DNA of 64,000 nucleotides, from the NCBI GenBank assembly GCA_012295275.1, contig CM022672.1, positions 33,294,001 to 33,358,000 of the forward strand, written 5' to 3'. The position numbers and the translations under genes were made by a program. The number at the start of each line of letters is the position of its first letter. Within the stretch, counting starts at the first letter, position 1. Origin of the DNA: Chrysomallon squamiferum. Lineage: Eukaryota > Animalia > Mollusca. The notes below the pieces were generated by a model. That model was not told the DNA's origin and searched no databases. It saw only the letters and a program-made list of their open reading frames with translations. This document shows positions 40,172-54,328 of the stretch, piece after piece.

Positions 40172-40774
40172 GACTAGTGGTTGTAGAAGAAACATAAAAA
40201 TAAAGAGGGAATGTTTAAACGATTCTCTTGTAAGTAGATCATAACTTTGAAGATTGGTTGACTTAATGAATATTTAAGTTACAAATTGTCTTCTGAAGTC
40301 TTTAGCTGTTTAACATTTAGTACAAACATGGAAGACAAATTCATCATCAGTTTCATTTTTGATTTACTTCAGAGATACATAGGTATACCAATACCGAGAT
40401 TAAACATGTACCGTCTATATAATTATATCTGTGTCTTATAAAATATGCTACTTTTTAAAAAGTCATTTTCTGTGCAAACATTTTCAAAACATTTTAAAGT
40501 TTAATTTACTTCGTGTTACTTATGTTCACACTTTCACGAAACATTCCGTGTAAAGAGAATGCGGAAACCAGAGAACAGATAACTGATCTGTACTTATTAT
40601 TATTTTGTTTCTTACTTTATTTTTCTTATATCTTTTTTGTTTCTTCTTTTTTTTCTGGATGTAAGGGTTTGAGGTAGTTTGTGAAGTTGTATCTTCAACT
40701 GGAGTTTTCATTTTGTTTTTAATTTTTCTATTTTTCTAATATAATGTTATCTTTATTGCTTTATACACTTTTTA

Positions 40775-40815
<41 letters not shown>

Positions 40816-43115
40816 ATTTTTTCAAATAATAAAATTTCTTCGTCTTTCATATTCCTTTATTTTTAAAAAGTGTATTTATTATGAAAAGAACATATTAAAA
40901 AGAAAGCGAAATAATTTTCTGAAATTTATATCTAATCCTAGAAAATAATGTTTGTCTTTGTAATCGTAGTCAACAAATTTATTACAAAAGAAAACTGCAC
41001 ACGCCTTATTGTTAATTGTTTCTGCATGTGAATACTTCTGTTGTAGTTGTAGTTGTTGTTGTTATTCTTGATGTTGTGTTTCTCTGATCAAGTTATAATC
41101 ATGTTATTAAACATTTTGTTAAAGATTATGGTTTGCTAAACTCTTCAGAATAATTACGTAAGAAAAAATTATTCTTTCACTTTTACTTTCTGCTACAGCT
41201 TCTTGTAACTTAAATATAGGCGTGACTTTTAAGCGAAGTGTTTTGTTTCTATAGAAAAATAAATAATTGATGACGTAGATAACTATACAGGGTACATAAG
41301 ACAAATTAACAGTCCGTTAGCTCAAACATAATTTATATTGTCGCCAAGGTAAGTTTGCTTTTCAAATTTTTGAATGTTGTGCTAAAATTGTTATTTACAA
41401 ACATACAGATTAGTTTGTATGGATATAAATATTCTAATACATGTCTATTGTGTAGTGGAAGAAGAGTTTAAAAACATTTATACGCATTTTCAAAATGGTT
41501 GATGCATTTGTATCTTCACGGATATGTTTAATAGTTTATTATTAGTAGTAATAGTAGTAGTAGCAATAGTAGTAGTAGTAGTGGCAGTACCAGTAGTAGT
41601 GGTAGTAGCAATATTGGTTGTAGTAGTGGAAGCAGTAACAGTGGTACTGGAAGCAATAGCAATTATGAAAATAATTGTTTTCCGTTAACAATGTTTTTGA
41701 CAGTTTCTTCTTCTTCTTCTTCTTCTTCTTATTATTATTATTATAAGTAGTAGTGGTAGTAGTAGTAGTATTGCTTGTAGTTGTAGTAATAGCAATTCTG
41801 AAATTAATGCATTTCCATTAAGAGAGTCGTAATTTTAATAAACAAGCTACATGCAAATCATGATACATCCGCCAAAACATTATATTTTATCAAGAAATTT
41901 GTATACGCCATTGTTACGAATAATGATAAGGTGAATAGTGTAAAGCAGAAGCCATGAATAGTAAATCAGTAGCCATGAATAGTAAAACAGTAGCAGTGAA
42001 TACCAAAAGAGTAGCCGTGAATAGTAAAACAGTTTCCGTGAATAGTAACACAGTATCCGTGAATAGTAAATCACTAGCCGTGAAAAGTAAAACAGTAGCC
42101 ATGAATAATAAAACAGTATCCGTGAATAGTAACACAGTATCCGTGAATAGTAACACAGTATCCGTGAATAGTAAATCAGTAGCCGTGAATAGTTAATCAG
42201 TAGCCATGAATAATAAAACAGTAGCCGTGAATAATAACACAGTATCCGTGAATAGTAAATCAGTAGCCGTGAATAGTGAAACAGTAGCCATGAATAGTAA
42301 AACAGTATCCCGTGAATGACCAACATTTATTCAGACTATCTCTTCATCTCATTTAACATTATTTTGTTTCTACCACAGAGACTCGCATAGTTGAAAACAA
42401 CATTATTTTTTCTAATTTTAAATAATTATGTTTAACATGTTAATTATTGAAATATCATTGATGTAAGATCCACAGCAGTCATATATAAAGTAAAATATAA
42501 AGTTTATTTCATTTCAATTGTGAAGTAGGCCTAATTTACCACGGTGTTCCTGTGTTTGTGTCTTGCTGTTTCTTTCTAGGTTATATAAACGCTCATTTTA
42601 TCAGTAAAGACAGATGTGAGTGAACTGACGTCAAACTGAATTCTAGTGACGCGTAGATTCTAGAAAGAACCATTTTTTTGTAATGATTTTTTTTTTTGTC
42701 ACATAAATTAAACAAAAGACAGATTTAAATAGAAACTAAATAGATTTTCTGTCTTTAATTTGCTTCAGCAAGTGCAAAAAGAAATCATTGTTTTTACTGT
42801 TTTAATTTTTATCTTTTCTGTTGAATTTTTTTTTTTCCATTTCAGTTTTTCTTCAATCTTGTTTTCTTTATTTATTATTATTATTATTATTATTTTTGTT
42901 GTTGTTGTTGTTATTGTTATTATTATTATATTGTTATTATGTCTGAGAAATTTGAAACACATCGGTGCATTTATCGATCTATCTCTGTCAGCTGATTTAT
43001 AGATCTAATCTGATACATATTTATCAACATGTGCAACTCTTTCTGTCGTATTTCATCTTTAGTCTTTATCAATTTACGTGTTTTATTTATTTATCTATTT
43101 GCTTATTTATTTTAG

Positions 43116-43461
43116 ATGACTCGTACAATATTCGTGTTCTTCGCAACTGTCACCATGGTGACGATTGTAAATGGGAGCATCAATTACTCCTGGCAGAAGA
43201 CGAAGAAAAATGATGGCGACGAATTGGGGCAGCCTCGTTTTTTTCTAGAATTTTTAGTCCGGAACAGGATGAGAGAAGGGACACAACTCCATGGAAAACC
43301 CGAACCAGTCTGAAACGAGTTTTCTGTCAGAAAGATCTGGTTGGCCTGTTTTCGGATTTCGCCTTAAACCGAGATTTGTATCGTTTGGCAGTAAACTGTA
43401 TCTGCCTGAAAGCGGGAGGGAACCCGAGTCAAAACTGTTTCGCTACGGCAGGAATGTGTAA
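43116..43461 (+). pseudogene. RYamide-type precursor copy 2, frameshifted
   Basis: A 2-nt deletion (GAAAAGGGA to GAAGGGA near 43277) gives a stop at 43313. The original frame still reads PRFVSFGSKLYLPESGREPESKLFRYGRNV* to 43461. Confidence 0.8.
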
Positions 43462-46400
43462 TTATCTCCCTTCCTTGAAGCAAAGCCAAAGATTAAATTT
43501 ATTTTATTGGAGAAATAATAAATTGAATGGGTGAAGCACGAAACATAACAGACATCACAAAGAAATGAAAAGAAACGTCTGTAGCAGATGTCACAAAGAA
43601 ATAAAAAGAGACATAAATAACAGCTACAATAATGTTCCAGAAATTTTAATTAATCGAAGAATATATTCCATTATTTTGTGTACATATGCAAGCTAATATT
43701 TCTTAAATTATTTATTTTTTATTTTCCTTCAATTTTCCTTTTATTTATTTATTTATTTATTTTTTTTTTTTTTTCACTAATTCTTATCTTTATACATCTA
43801 TATATCAATATATTTATTTATTTATAAACTTTTTTTTTTATTGAAATTTAGTTAAATTGCAAATTTACAGTTTATGCGTGATATGCGGTTTTCTTTTCCG
43901 AGGTAATTATAATTAGGCTTTATGTAAAAAGGCTTTAAATTAAAATATTTTTTTTGTTTTACTATATGAAATATCCATGTTTTGGGGTTTTTTCATTACT
44001 TTTCTTAAATTAGATTTTATTTGTTTCTGTGTTTTTAGATATTATCATCTTGTTACATTTGTTAATAATGCTGTGGCTATTATTTATTTATTTATTTATT
44101 TGTTTATTAACTTTTTAATTATTTATTTGTTTTAATACAAAAATCAAATACAGAAAAAAACAACAACAAAAAAAATCAAAATGATACAGAATCTTTCAAC
44201 AGAAACTTACTTAGTCACAATATGTACACTATCATACACAAGTATTCGATCAATAAAGTGAAAATATATTCATTATTGAACACTTTTGTTTTTCATTTTA
44301 TTTATGCTAATGACAGCTAGCAGGTAAAAGTGTGATAGCCACCGCACAGTGAGTAATAGCAGTAGCAGTAGCTGTAGTAGTCGCTTTAGCAGCAACATGA
44401 GTCACATGATGGCGCAGGATATGCTAGAATTATTTCTGTTTCTAAAGAAATATGACATCTTTTCTTCCTATCCTTTTGAATGTCATGCAATACCAGAAAG
44501 ACAAAAAGTAGAAATATATATATATATATTCCGCAAATTAATTACTCTGTTTAGTTTCGAATCCATATATAATCGAAAATAAACTTGATATAGAACGGTA
44601 AATAAAATAAGGTTGTCTGAAAGACAGATACGTAGGTAGATGGGTCGACAGGTTTACAAACAAACAGACGGAAAGGCAGATTTTCAGACAGAAAGGCAGA
44701 CAGACAGATGAACGAATTCGAAGTAGGTGGACAAAAGAGTCACCAAATTAAGAACATCCATTATTTAAGAACAAGAATAACCAAGTTCCATCAGGACATG
44801 AATCAAACGCCCCAAAAAGGCCATACTGAATTTTTTTTTTGAGAGACAAAATACGAATTTTGAAAGAGGTTTAACAAATTTCAAAAGACCTTTTTGCCGA
44901 GAAAACAAGCCAATGGGAAAGGCAGTTAATGTTAGAAAGATTTCTAAAATAAACAACACGATGACTGCAAACAAGAAAAAAAGAATCATCAAGCGATTAG
45001 ATATTTTCAGTTTTCTAATGCTTTAACTTTTTCGTTTCATTTGCTTTCTGGTTTTTCATTTCTTTAAGAACCAATAGCAGAACCTTTTCAATTACTTCTA
45101 TTTTAACATTTTATAAATATTTGATTTTTATTCTGCTTTGTTTATTCAGCATTTCTTTCTGTGAGTAATGATACCTTAATCTTTTATTTCTTTGGGAATG
45201 AAATGAGTCGTTCAAGTGAGATATTTACGAAGTTAGAGAGAAAAAAGAGAAATATGGATCGGTAGATACGTATGAAGAGATTGACAAACTGATGTACAGA
45301 CATACCGACAAAGCTGTAGATAGAGAGATAGACATAGAGACACTGAGACGCAATATATAAATGCGAAAGGCAACTTATTTATGTTTGTGAGTGTGCATGT
45401 GTGAGTGTATGAGCACGTACACATTGGTGTTTTTTTGCGAGTGTGTGTTTGTTTGTATGTGTGTGTGATAGAGACAGAGGATTCTTTTTTAATCTGTATT
45501 TCAACACCTTCAGCTTCAGCTATTTTTTGTTTTTCTGTTTCTAAGGATCGTTCTTAATATAAACTGAGTTATTTCAAAAAAGAAAAAATTAAAACAAATT
45601 AAGAAAAATCTATATATTATTTATAAATATACTGATATTTTAGGATGGTCATAGTGATTTCATTTTCATAAGTTGCAAAGTTTTATTCAGTTAAAGAAAA
45701 CCTGCGTCTTGCACATACAAACACACACCCACACCCAAAGTCCCTTCTAGTAAAAACAATAACACAGTAGTAGTCTTACAGTCGCAGTGTTATAGTAGTA
45801 GTGGTAGTAATAGTTGTACTAGTTGCAGTGGGTAGTAGTCATAGCATTAGAAGTAGAAGTAGTACTAGTGGTTGTAGAAGAAACATAAAAATAAAGAGTG
45901 AAAGTTTAAACGATTGTCTTGTAAGCAGGTCGTATCTTTGAAGATTGGTTGTCTTAATGAATATTTCAGTTACAAATTGTCTTCTGAAGTCTTTAGCTGT
46001 TTAACATTTAGTTCAAACATGGAGGACAAATTCATTATCTGTTTGATTTTTGATTTTCTTCAGAGATACATAGATATACCAATATCGAGATTAAACATGT
46101 ACCGTACATATAATTATATCTGTGTCTTATAAAATATGCTACTTTTTAAAAAGTCATTTTCACTGCAAACATTTTCAAATCATTTTAAAGTTTAATTTAC
46201 TTCGTGTTACTTGTGTTCACACTTTCACGAAACATTCTGTGTAAAGAGAATGCGGAAACCAGAGAACAGATAACTGATCTGTACTTATTATTATTTTGTT
46301 TCTTACTTTATTTTTCTTATATCTTTTTTTGTTTCTTCTTTTTTTTTTCTGGATGTAAGAGTTTGAGGTAGAGTTTGTGAAGTTGTATCTTCAACTGGAG

Positions 46401-47424
46401 TTTTCATTTTGTTTTTAATTTTTCTATTTTTCTAATATAATGTTCTCTTTATTGCTTTATACACTTTTTAAAATAAATAAATAAATATATTTATATCAGT
46501 TTTTTCAAATAATAAAATTTCTTCTTCTTTCATATTCCTTTATTTTTAAAAAGTGTATTTATTATGAAAAGAACATACTAAAAAGAAAGCGAAATAATTT
46601 TCTGAAATTTATATCTAATCCTAGAAAATAATGTTTGTCTTTGTAATCGTAGTCAACAAATCTATCACAAAAAGAAAACTGCACACGCCTTGTTGTTAAT
46701 TGTTTCTGCATGTGAATACTTCTGTTGTAGTTGTAGTTGTTGTTGTTATTGTTGATGTTGTGTTTCTCTGATCAAGTTATAATCATGTTATTAAACATTT
46801 TGTTAAAGATTATGGTTTGCTGAACTCTTCAGAATAATTACGTAAGAAAAAAAATTATTCTTTCACTTTGACTTTCTGCTATAGCTTCTTGTAACTTAAA
46901 TATAGGCGTGACTTTTAAGCGAAGTGTTTTGTTTCTATAGAAACATAAATAATTGATGACGTAGATAACTATACAGGATACATAAGACAAATTAACAGTC
47001 CCTTAGCTCAAACATAATTTATATTGTCGTCAAGGTAAGTTTGCTTTTCAAATTTTTGAATGTTGTGCTAAAATTGTTATTTACAAACATACAGATTAGT
47101 TTGTATGGATATAAATATTCTAATACATGTCTATTGTGTAGTGGAAGAAGAGTTTAAAAACATTTATACGCATTTTCAAAATGGTTGATGCATTTGTATC
47201 TTCACGGATATGTTTAATAGTTTATTATTAGTAGTAATAGTAGTAGTAGCAATAGTAGTAGTAGTAGTGGCAGTACCAGTAGTAGTGGTAGTAGCAATAT
47301 TGGTTGTAGTAGTGGCAGCAGTAACAGTGGTACTGGAAGAAATAGCAATTATGAAAATAATTGTTTTCCGTTAACAATGTTTTTGACAGTTTATTCTTCT
47401 TCTTCTTCTTTTTCTTATTATTAT

Positions 47425-47456
<32 letters not shown>

Positions 47457-48810
47457 CTTGTAGTTGTAGTAATAGCAATTATGAAATTAATGCATTTCCA
47501 TTAAGAGAGTCGTAATTTAAATAAACAAGCTACATGCAAATCATGATACATCCGCCAAAACATTATATTTTATCAAGAAATTTGTATACGCCATTGTTAC
47601 GAATAATGATAAGGTGAATAGTGTAAAGCAGAAGCCATGAATAGTAAATCAGTAGCCATGAATAGTAAAACAGTAGCAGTGAATACCAAAAGAGTAGCCG
47701 TGAATATAGTAAAACAGTTTCCGTGAATAGTAACACAGTATCCGTGAATAGTAAATCACTAGCCGTGAAAAGTAAAACAGTAGCCATGAATAATAAAACA
47801 GTATCCGTGAATAGTAACACAGTATCCGTGAATAGTAACACAGTATCCGTGAATAGTAAATCAGTAGCCGTGAATAGTTAATCAGTAGCCATGAATAATA
47901 AAACAGTAGCCGTGAATAATAACACAGTATCCGTGAATAGTAAATCAGTAGCCGTGAATAGTGAAACAGTAGCCATGAATAGTAAAACAGTATCCCGTGA
48001 ATGACCAACATTTATTCAGACTATCTCTTCATCTCATTTAACATTATTTTGTTTCTACCACAGAGACTCGCATAGTTGAAAACAACATTGACTTTCTAAT
48101 TTTAAATAATTATGTTTAACATGTTAATTATTGAAATATCATTGATGTAAGATCCACAGCAGTCATATATAAAGTAAAATATAAAGTTTATTTCATTTCA
48201 ATTGTGAAGTAGGCCTAATTTACCACGGTGTTCCTGTGTTTGTGTCTTGCTGTTTCTTTCTAGGTTATATAAACGATAATTTAATCAGTAAAGATAGATG
48301 TGAGTGAACTGACGTCAAACTGAATTCTAGTGACGCGTAGATTCTAGAAAGAACCATTTTTTTTGTAATGATTTTTTTTTTGTCACATAAATTAAACAAA
48401 AGACAGATTTAAATAGAAACTAAATAGATTTTCTGTCTTTAATTTGCTTCAGCAAGTGCAAAAAGAAATCATTGTTTTTACTGTTTTTATTTTTATCTTT
48501 TCTGTTCAATTTTTTTCTCCCTTTCAGTTTTTCTTCAATCTTGTTTTCTTTATTTATTTATTTATTATTATTATTATTTTTTTTGTTGTTGTTGTTGTTG
48601 TTATTATTATTATTATTATATTATTATTATGTCTGAGAAATTTGAAACATCATCGGTGCCTTTATCGATCTATCTCTGTCAGTTGATTTATCGATCTAAT
48701 CTTTTACATATTTATCAACATGTGTCACCGTCTCTCTCTGTCGTATTTCATCTTTCGTCTTTATCAGTTTACGTATTTTATTTATTTATCTATTTGCTTA
48801 TTTATTTTAG

Positions 48811-49215
48811 ATGACTCGTACAATATTCGTGTTCTTCGCAACTGTCACCATGGTGACGATTGTAAATGGGAGCATCAATTACTCCTGGCAGAAGACCATG
48901 AAAAATGATGGCGACGAATTGGGGCAGCCTCGTTTTTTTCTACAATTTTTAGTCCGGAACAGAATGACAGAAAAGGGACACAACTCCATGGAAAACCCGA
49001 ACCAGCCTGAAACGAGTTTTCTGTCAGAAAGATCTGGTTGGCCTGTTTTCGGATTTCGCCTTAAACCGAGATTTGCATCTTTTGGCAGTAAACTGTATCC
49101 GCCTGAAAGCGGCAGGGAACACGAGTCAAAACTGCTTCGTTACGGCAGAAGTGTGAAATTATCTCCCTTCCTTGAAGCAAAGCCAAAGATTAAATTTATT
49201 TTATTGGAGAAATAA
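48811..49215 (+). CDS. RYamide-type precursor copy 3 (134 aa, C-terminally extended)
   Basis: Same architecture as copy 1. The stop TAA seen in copies 1, 2, 5 and 6 is AAA here, adding KLSPFLEAKPKIKFILLEK. Confidence 0.9.
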   Translation: MTRTIFVFFATVTMVTIVNGSINYSWQKTMKNDGDELGQPRFFLQFLVRNRMTEKGHNSMENPNQPETSFLSERSGWPVFGFRLKPRFASFGSKLYPPESGREHESKLLRYGRSVKLSPFLEAKPKIKFILLEK

Positions 49216-49810
49216 TAAATTGAATGGGTGAAGCACGAAACATAACAGATATCACAAAGAAATGAAAAGAAACGTCTGTAGCAGATGTCACAAAGAAATA
49301 AAAAGATACATAAATAACAGCTACAATAATATTCCAGAAATTTTTAATTAATCGAAGAATATATTCCATTATTTTGTGTACATATGCAAGCTAATATTTC
49401 TTAAATTATTTATTTTTTATTTTCCTTCAATTTTCCTTTTATTTATTTATTTATTTATGTTTTTTTTTTTTCACTAATTCTTATCTTTATACATCTATAT
49501 ATCAATATATTTATTTATTTATAAACTTTTTTTTTTATTGAAATTTAGTTAAATTGCAAATTTACAGTTTATGCGTGATATGCGGTTTTCTTTTCCGAGG
49601 TAATTATAATTAGGCTTTATGTAAAAAGGCTTTAAATTAAAAAAAATGTTGTTTTACTATATGAAATATCCATGTTTTGGGGGTTTTTTCATTACTTTTC
49701 TTAAATTAGATTTTATTTGTTTCTGTGTTTTTAGATATTATCATCTTGTTACATTTGTTAATAATGCTGTTGCTATTATTTATTTATTTATTTATTTGTT
49801 TTAATACAAA

Positions 49811-49842
<32 letters not shown>

Positions 49843-52659
49843 GACAGAATCTTTCAACAGAAACTTACTTAGTCACAATGTGTACACTATCATACACAAT
49901 CAATAAAGTGAAACTCTATTCATTATTGAACACTTTTGTTTTTCATTTTATTTATGCTAATGATAGCTAGCATGTAAAAGTGTGACAGTCACCGCACAGT
50001 GAGTAATAGCAGTAGCAGTAGCTGTAGTAGTCGCTTTAGCAGCAACATGAGTCACATGATGGCGCAGGATATGCTAGAATTATTTCTGTTTCTAAAGAAA
50101 TATGACATCTTTTCTTCCAACCCTTTTGAATGTCATGCAATACCAGAAAGACAAAAAGTAGAAATATATATATATATTCCGCAAATTAATTACTCTGTTT
50201 AGTTTCGAATCCATATATAATTGAAAATAAACTGGATATAGAACGGTAAATAAAATAAGGTTGTCTGAAAGACAGATACGTAGGTAGATGGGTCGACAGG
50301 TCTACAAACAGACGGAAAGGCAGATTTTCAGACAGAAAGGCAGATAGACAGATAGATAGATAGATAGAGAGATAGACAGAGGAACGAATTCGAAGTAGGT
50401 GGACAAAAGAGTCACCAAATTAAGAACATCCATTATTTAAGAACAAGAATAACCAAGTTCCATCAGGACATGAATCAAACGCCTCAAAAAGGCCATACTG
50501 AATTTTTTTTTGAGAGATAAAATACGAATTTTGAAAGAGGTTTAGCAAATTTCAAAAGACCTTTTTGCCGAGAAAACAAGCCAATGGGAAAGGCAGTTAA
50601 TGTTAGAAAGATTTCTAAAATAAACAACACGATGACTGCAAACAAGAAAAAAAGAATCATCAAGCGATTAGATATTTTCAGTTTTCTAATGCTTTAACTT
50701 TTTCGTTTCATTTGCTTTCTGGTTTTTCATTTCTTTAAGAACCAATAGCAGAACCTTTTCAATTACTTCTGTTCTAACATTTTAAAAATATTTGATTTTT
50801 ATTCTGCTTTGTTTATTCAGCATTTCTTTCTGTGAGTAATGATACCTCAATCTTTTATTTCTTTGGGAATGAAATGAGTCGTTCAAGTGAGATATTTACG
50901 AAGTTAGAGAGAAAACAGAGAAATATGGATCGGTAGATACGTATGAAGAGATTGACAAACTGATGTACAGACATACCGACAAAGCTGTAGATAGAGAGAT
51001 AGACATAGAGACACTGAGACGCAATATATAAATGCGAAAGGCAACTTATTTATGTTTGTGAGTGTGCATGTGTGAGTGTATGAGCACGTACACATTGGTG
51101 TTTTTTTGCGAGTGTGTGTTTGTTTGTATGTGTGTGTGATAGAGACAGAGGATTCTTTTTTAATCTGTATTTCAACACCTTCAGCTTCAGCTATTTTTTG
51201 TTTTTCTGTTTCTAAGGATCGTTCTTAATGTAAACTGAGTTATTTGAAAAAAGAAAAAATTTAAACAAATTAAGAAAAATCTATATATTATTTATAAATA
51301 TACTGATATTTTAGGATGGTCATAGTGACTTCATTTTCATAAGTTGGAAAGTTTTATTCAGTTAAAGAAAACCTGCGTCTTGCACATACAAACACACATC
51401 CACACCCAAAGTCTCTTCTAGTAGAAACAATAACACAGTAGTAGTCTTACAGTAGCAGTGTTATAGTAGTAGTGGTAGTAGTAGTTGTACTAGTTGCAGT
51501 GGGTAGTAGTCATAGCATTAGAAGTAGAAGTAGTGCTAGTGGTTGTAGAAGAAACATAAAAATAAAGAGGGAAAGTTTAAACGATTCTCTTGTAAGCAGG
51601 TCGTATCGTTGAAGATTGGTTGTCTTAATAAATATTTCAGTTACAAATTGTCTTCTGAAGTCTTTAGCTGTTTAACATTTAGTTCAAACTCATTATCAGC
51701 TTTATTTTTGATTTTCTTCAGAAATACATAGATATACCAAAACCGAGATTAAACATGTACCGTCTATATAATTATATCTGTGTCTGATAAAATATGCTCC
51801 TTTTTACAAGTCATTTTCAAATCATTTTAAAGTTTAATTTACTTCGTGTTACTTGTGTAATGCTCTCTTTATTTATACATTTTTAAAAAAACCTTTCTTA
51901 TTTACATATACCATTTTTTGCAATTAATAAAACTTCTTCTCCTTTCATATTCCTTTCTTTTTAAAAAGGGTATTTATTTTAATCATTATTGTGAAAAGAA
52001 CATTAAAAAGAAAGCGAAATAATTTTCTGAAATTTGTATCTAATCCTATCAAATAATGTTTGTCTTTCTAATCGTAGTCAACAAATTTATCACAAAAGAA
52101 AACTATACACTCCTTGTTGTTAATTGTTTCTGCATGTGAATACTTCTGTGGTTATTGTTGTCGTTGATGTGCGTTCTGACCAAGTTATAATAATTTTATT
52201 AAACATTTTATCAAAGATTATGGTTCGCGAAATTCTTCAGATTAATTACGTAGAAAAAACATTATTCATTCGCTTTGACTTTCTGCTATAGCTTCTTGTA
52301 ACATTAATATGGAACGGACTTTTAAACGAAGTGCTTTGTTTCTATAGAAACATAAATAATTGATGACGTAGATAACTATACAGGATATATAAGACAAATT
52401 AACAATCCCTTAGCTCAAACATAATTTATATTGTCGTGAAGGTAAGTTTGCTTTCCAAATTTGTGAATATTGTGGTAAAATTGTTATTTACAAACATACA
52501 GATTAGTTTGTATGGATATAAATATTCTAATACATGTCTATTGTGTAGTGGATGAAGAGTTTAAAAACATTTATACGCATTTTCAAAATGGTTGATGCAT
52601 TTGTATCTTCACGGATATGTTTAATAGTTTATTATTAGTAGTAATAGTAGTAGTAGCAA

Positions 52660-52698
<39 letters not shown>

Positions 52699-53923
52699 CC
52701 GTGAACAGTAAAACAGTAGCCGTGAATAGTAAAAGAGTAGCCGTGAATGGGAAAAGAGTAGCCGTGAATAGTAAAACAGTAGCCGTGAGTAGTAAAACAG
52801 TAGCCATGTATAGTAAAACAGTAGCCATGAATAGTAAAACAGTAGCCATGAATAGTAAAACAGTAGCCGAGAATAGTAAAACAGTAGCCATGTGTAGTAA
52901 AACAGTAGCCATGTATAGTAAAACAGTAGCCATGAATAGTAAAACAGTAGCCATGTATAGTAAATCAGTAGCCGTGAATAGTAAAAGAGTAGCCATGAAT
53001 AATAAAACAGTAGCCATGTATAGTAAAACAGTAGCCATGAATAGTAAAACAGTATCCCGTGAATGACCAACATTTATTCAGACTCTCTTCATCTCATTTA
53101 ACATTATTTTGTTTCTACCACAGAGACTCGCATAGTCAAAAACAACATTGACTTTCTAATTTTAAATAATTATGTTTAACATGTTAATTATTGAAATATC
53201 ATTAATGTAAGATCCACAGCAGTCAAATATAAAGTAAAATATAAAGTTTATTTCATTTCAATTATGAAGTAGGCCTAATTTACCACGGTGTTCCTGTGTT
53301 TGTGTCTTGCTGTTTCTTTCTAGGTTATATAAACGATAATTTTATCAGTAAAAATAGATGTGAGTGAACTTGACGTGAAGCGTAGATTCTAGAAAGAACC
53401 ATTTGTTTTTGTAATGATTTTTTTTTTGTCACATAAATTAAACAAAAAACAGATTTAAATAGAAAGTAAATAGATTTTCTGTCTTTAATTTGCTTCAGCA
53501 AGAGCTAAAAGAAATCTAAATTTTTGACATTGTTTCTACTGTTTTTATTTTTATCTTTTCTGTTCAATTTTTTTTTTCTATTTCAGTTTTTGTTCATTCT
53601 TTTTTTCTTTATTTAATATTTTTGTTTCTTTTCCTTTATTAATATTATTATTATTATTTTTTTTTTTTTGTTGTTGTTGTTGTTATTGTTATATTTATAT
53701 TACTATATTATTTATATTATTATTATTATTATATTATTATTATGTCTGAAAAATTTGAAACATCATCGGTGCATTTATCGATCTATCTCTGTCAGTTGAT
53801 TTATCGATCTAATCTTTTGCATATTTATCAACATGTGTCACCGTCTCTCTCTGTCGTATTTCCTCTTTCGTCTTTGTCAGTTTACGTATTTTATTTATTT
53901 ATCTATTTGCTTATTTATTTTAG

Positions 53924-54328
53924 ATGACTCGTACAATATTCGTGTTGTTCGCAGCTGTCACCATGGTGACGATTGTAAATGGGAGCATCAATTACTCCTG
54001 GCAGAAGACGAAGAAAAATGATGGCGACGAATTGGGGCATCCTCGTTTTTTTCTAGAATTTTTAGTCCGGAACAGAATGACAGAAAAGGGACACAACTCG
54101 ATGGAAAACCCGAACCAGCCTGAAACGAGTTTTCTGTCAGAAAGATCTGGTTGGCCTGTTTTCGGATTTCGCCTTAAACCGAGATTTGCATCTTTTGGCA
54201 GTAAACTGTATCCGCCTGAAAGCGGGAGGGAACACGAGTCAAAACTGCTTCGTTACGGCAGAAGTGTGAAATTATCTCCCTTCCTTGAAGCGAAGTCAAA
54301 GATTAAATATATTTTATTGGAGAAATAA
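53924..54328 (+). CDS. RYamide-type precursor copy 4 (134 aa, C-terminally extended)
   Basis: Same architecture and the same stop loss as copy 3. The predicted mature peptide is identical to copies 1 and 3. Confidence 0.9.
   Translation: MTRTIFVLFAAVTMVTIVNGSINYSWQKTKKNDGDELGHPRFFLEFLVRNRMTEKGHNSMENPNQPETSFLSERSGWPVFGFRLKPRFASFGSKLYPPESGREHESKLLRYGRSVKLSPFLEAKSKIKYILLEK

Noticed and set aside
44349-44582. ORF MSNSSSSSCSSRF... repeated at 49999
   Set aside because: Non-ATG start; not preserved as an ORF in units 1 and 4; lies in duplicated 3' flank.
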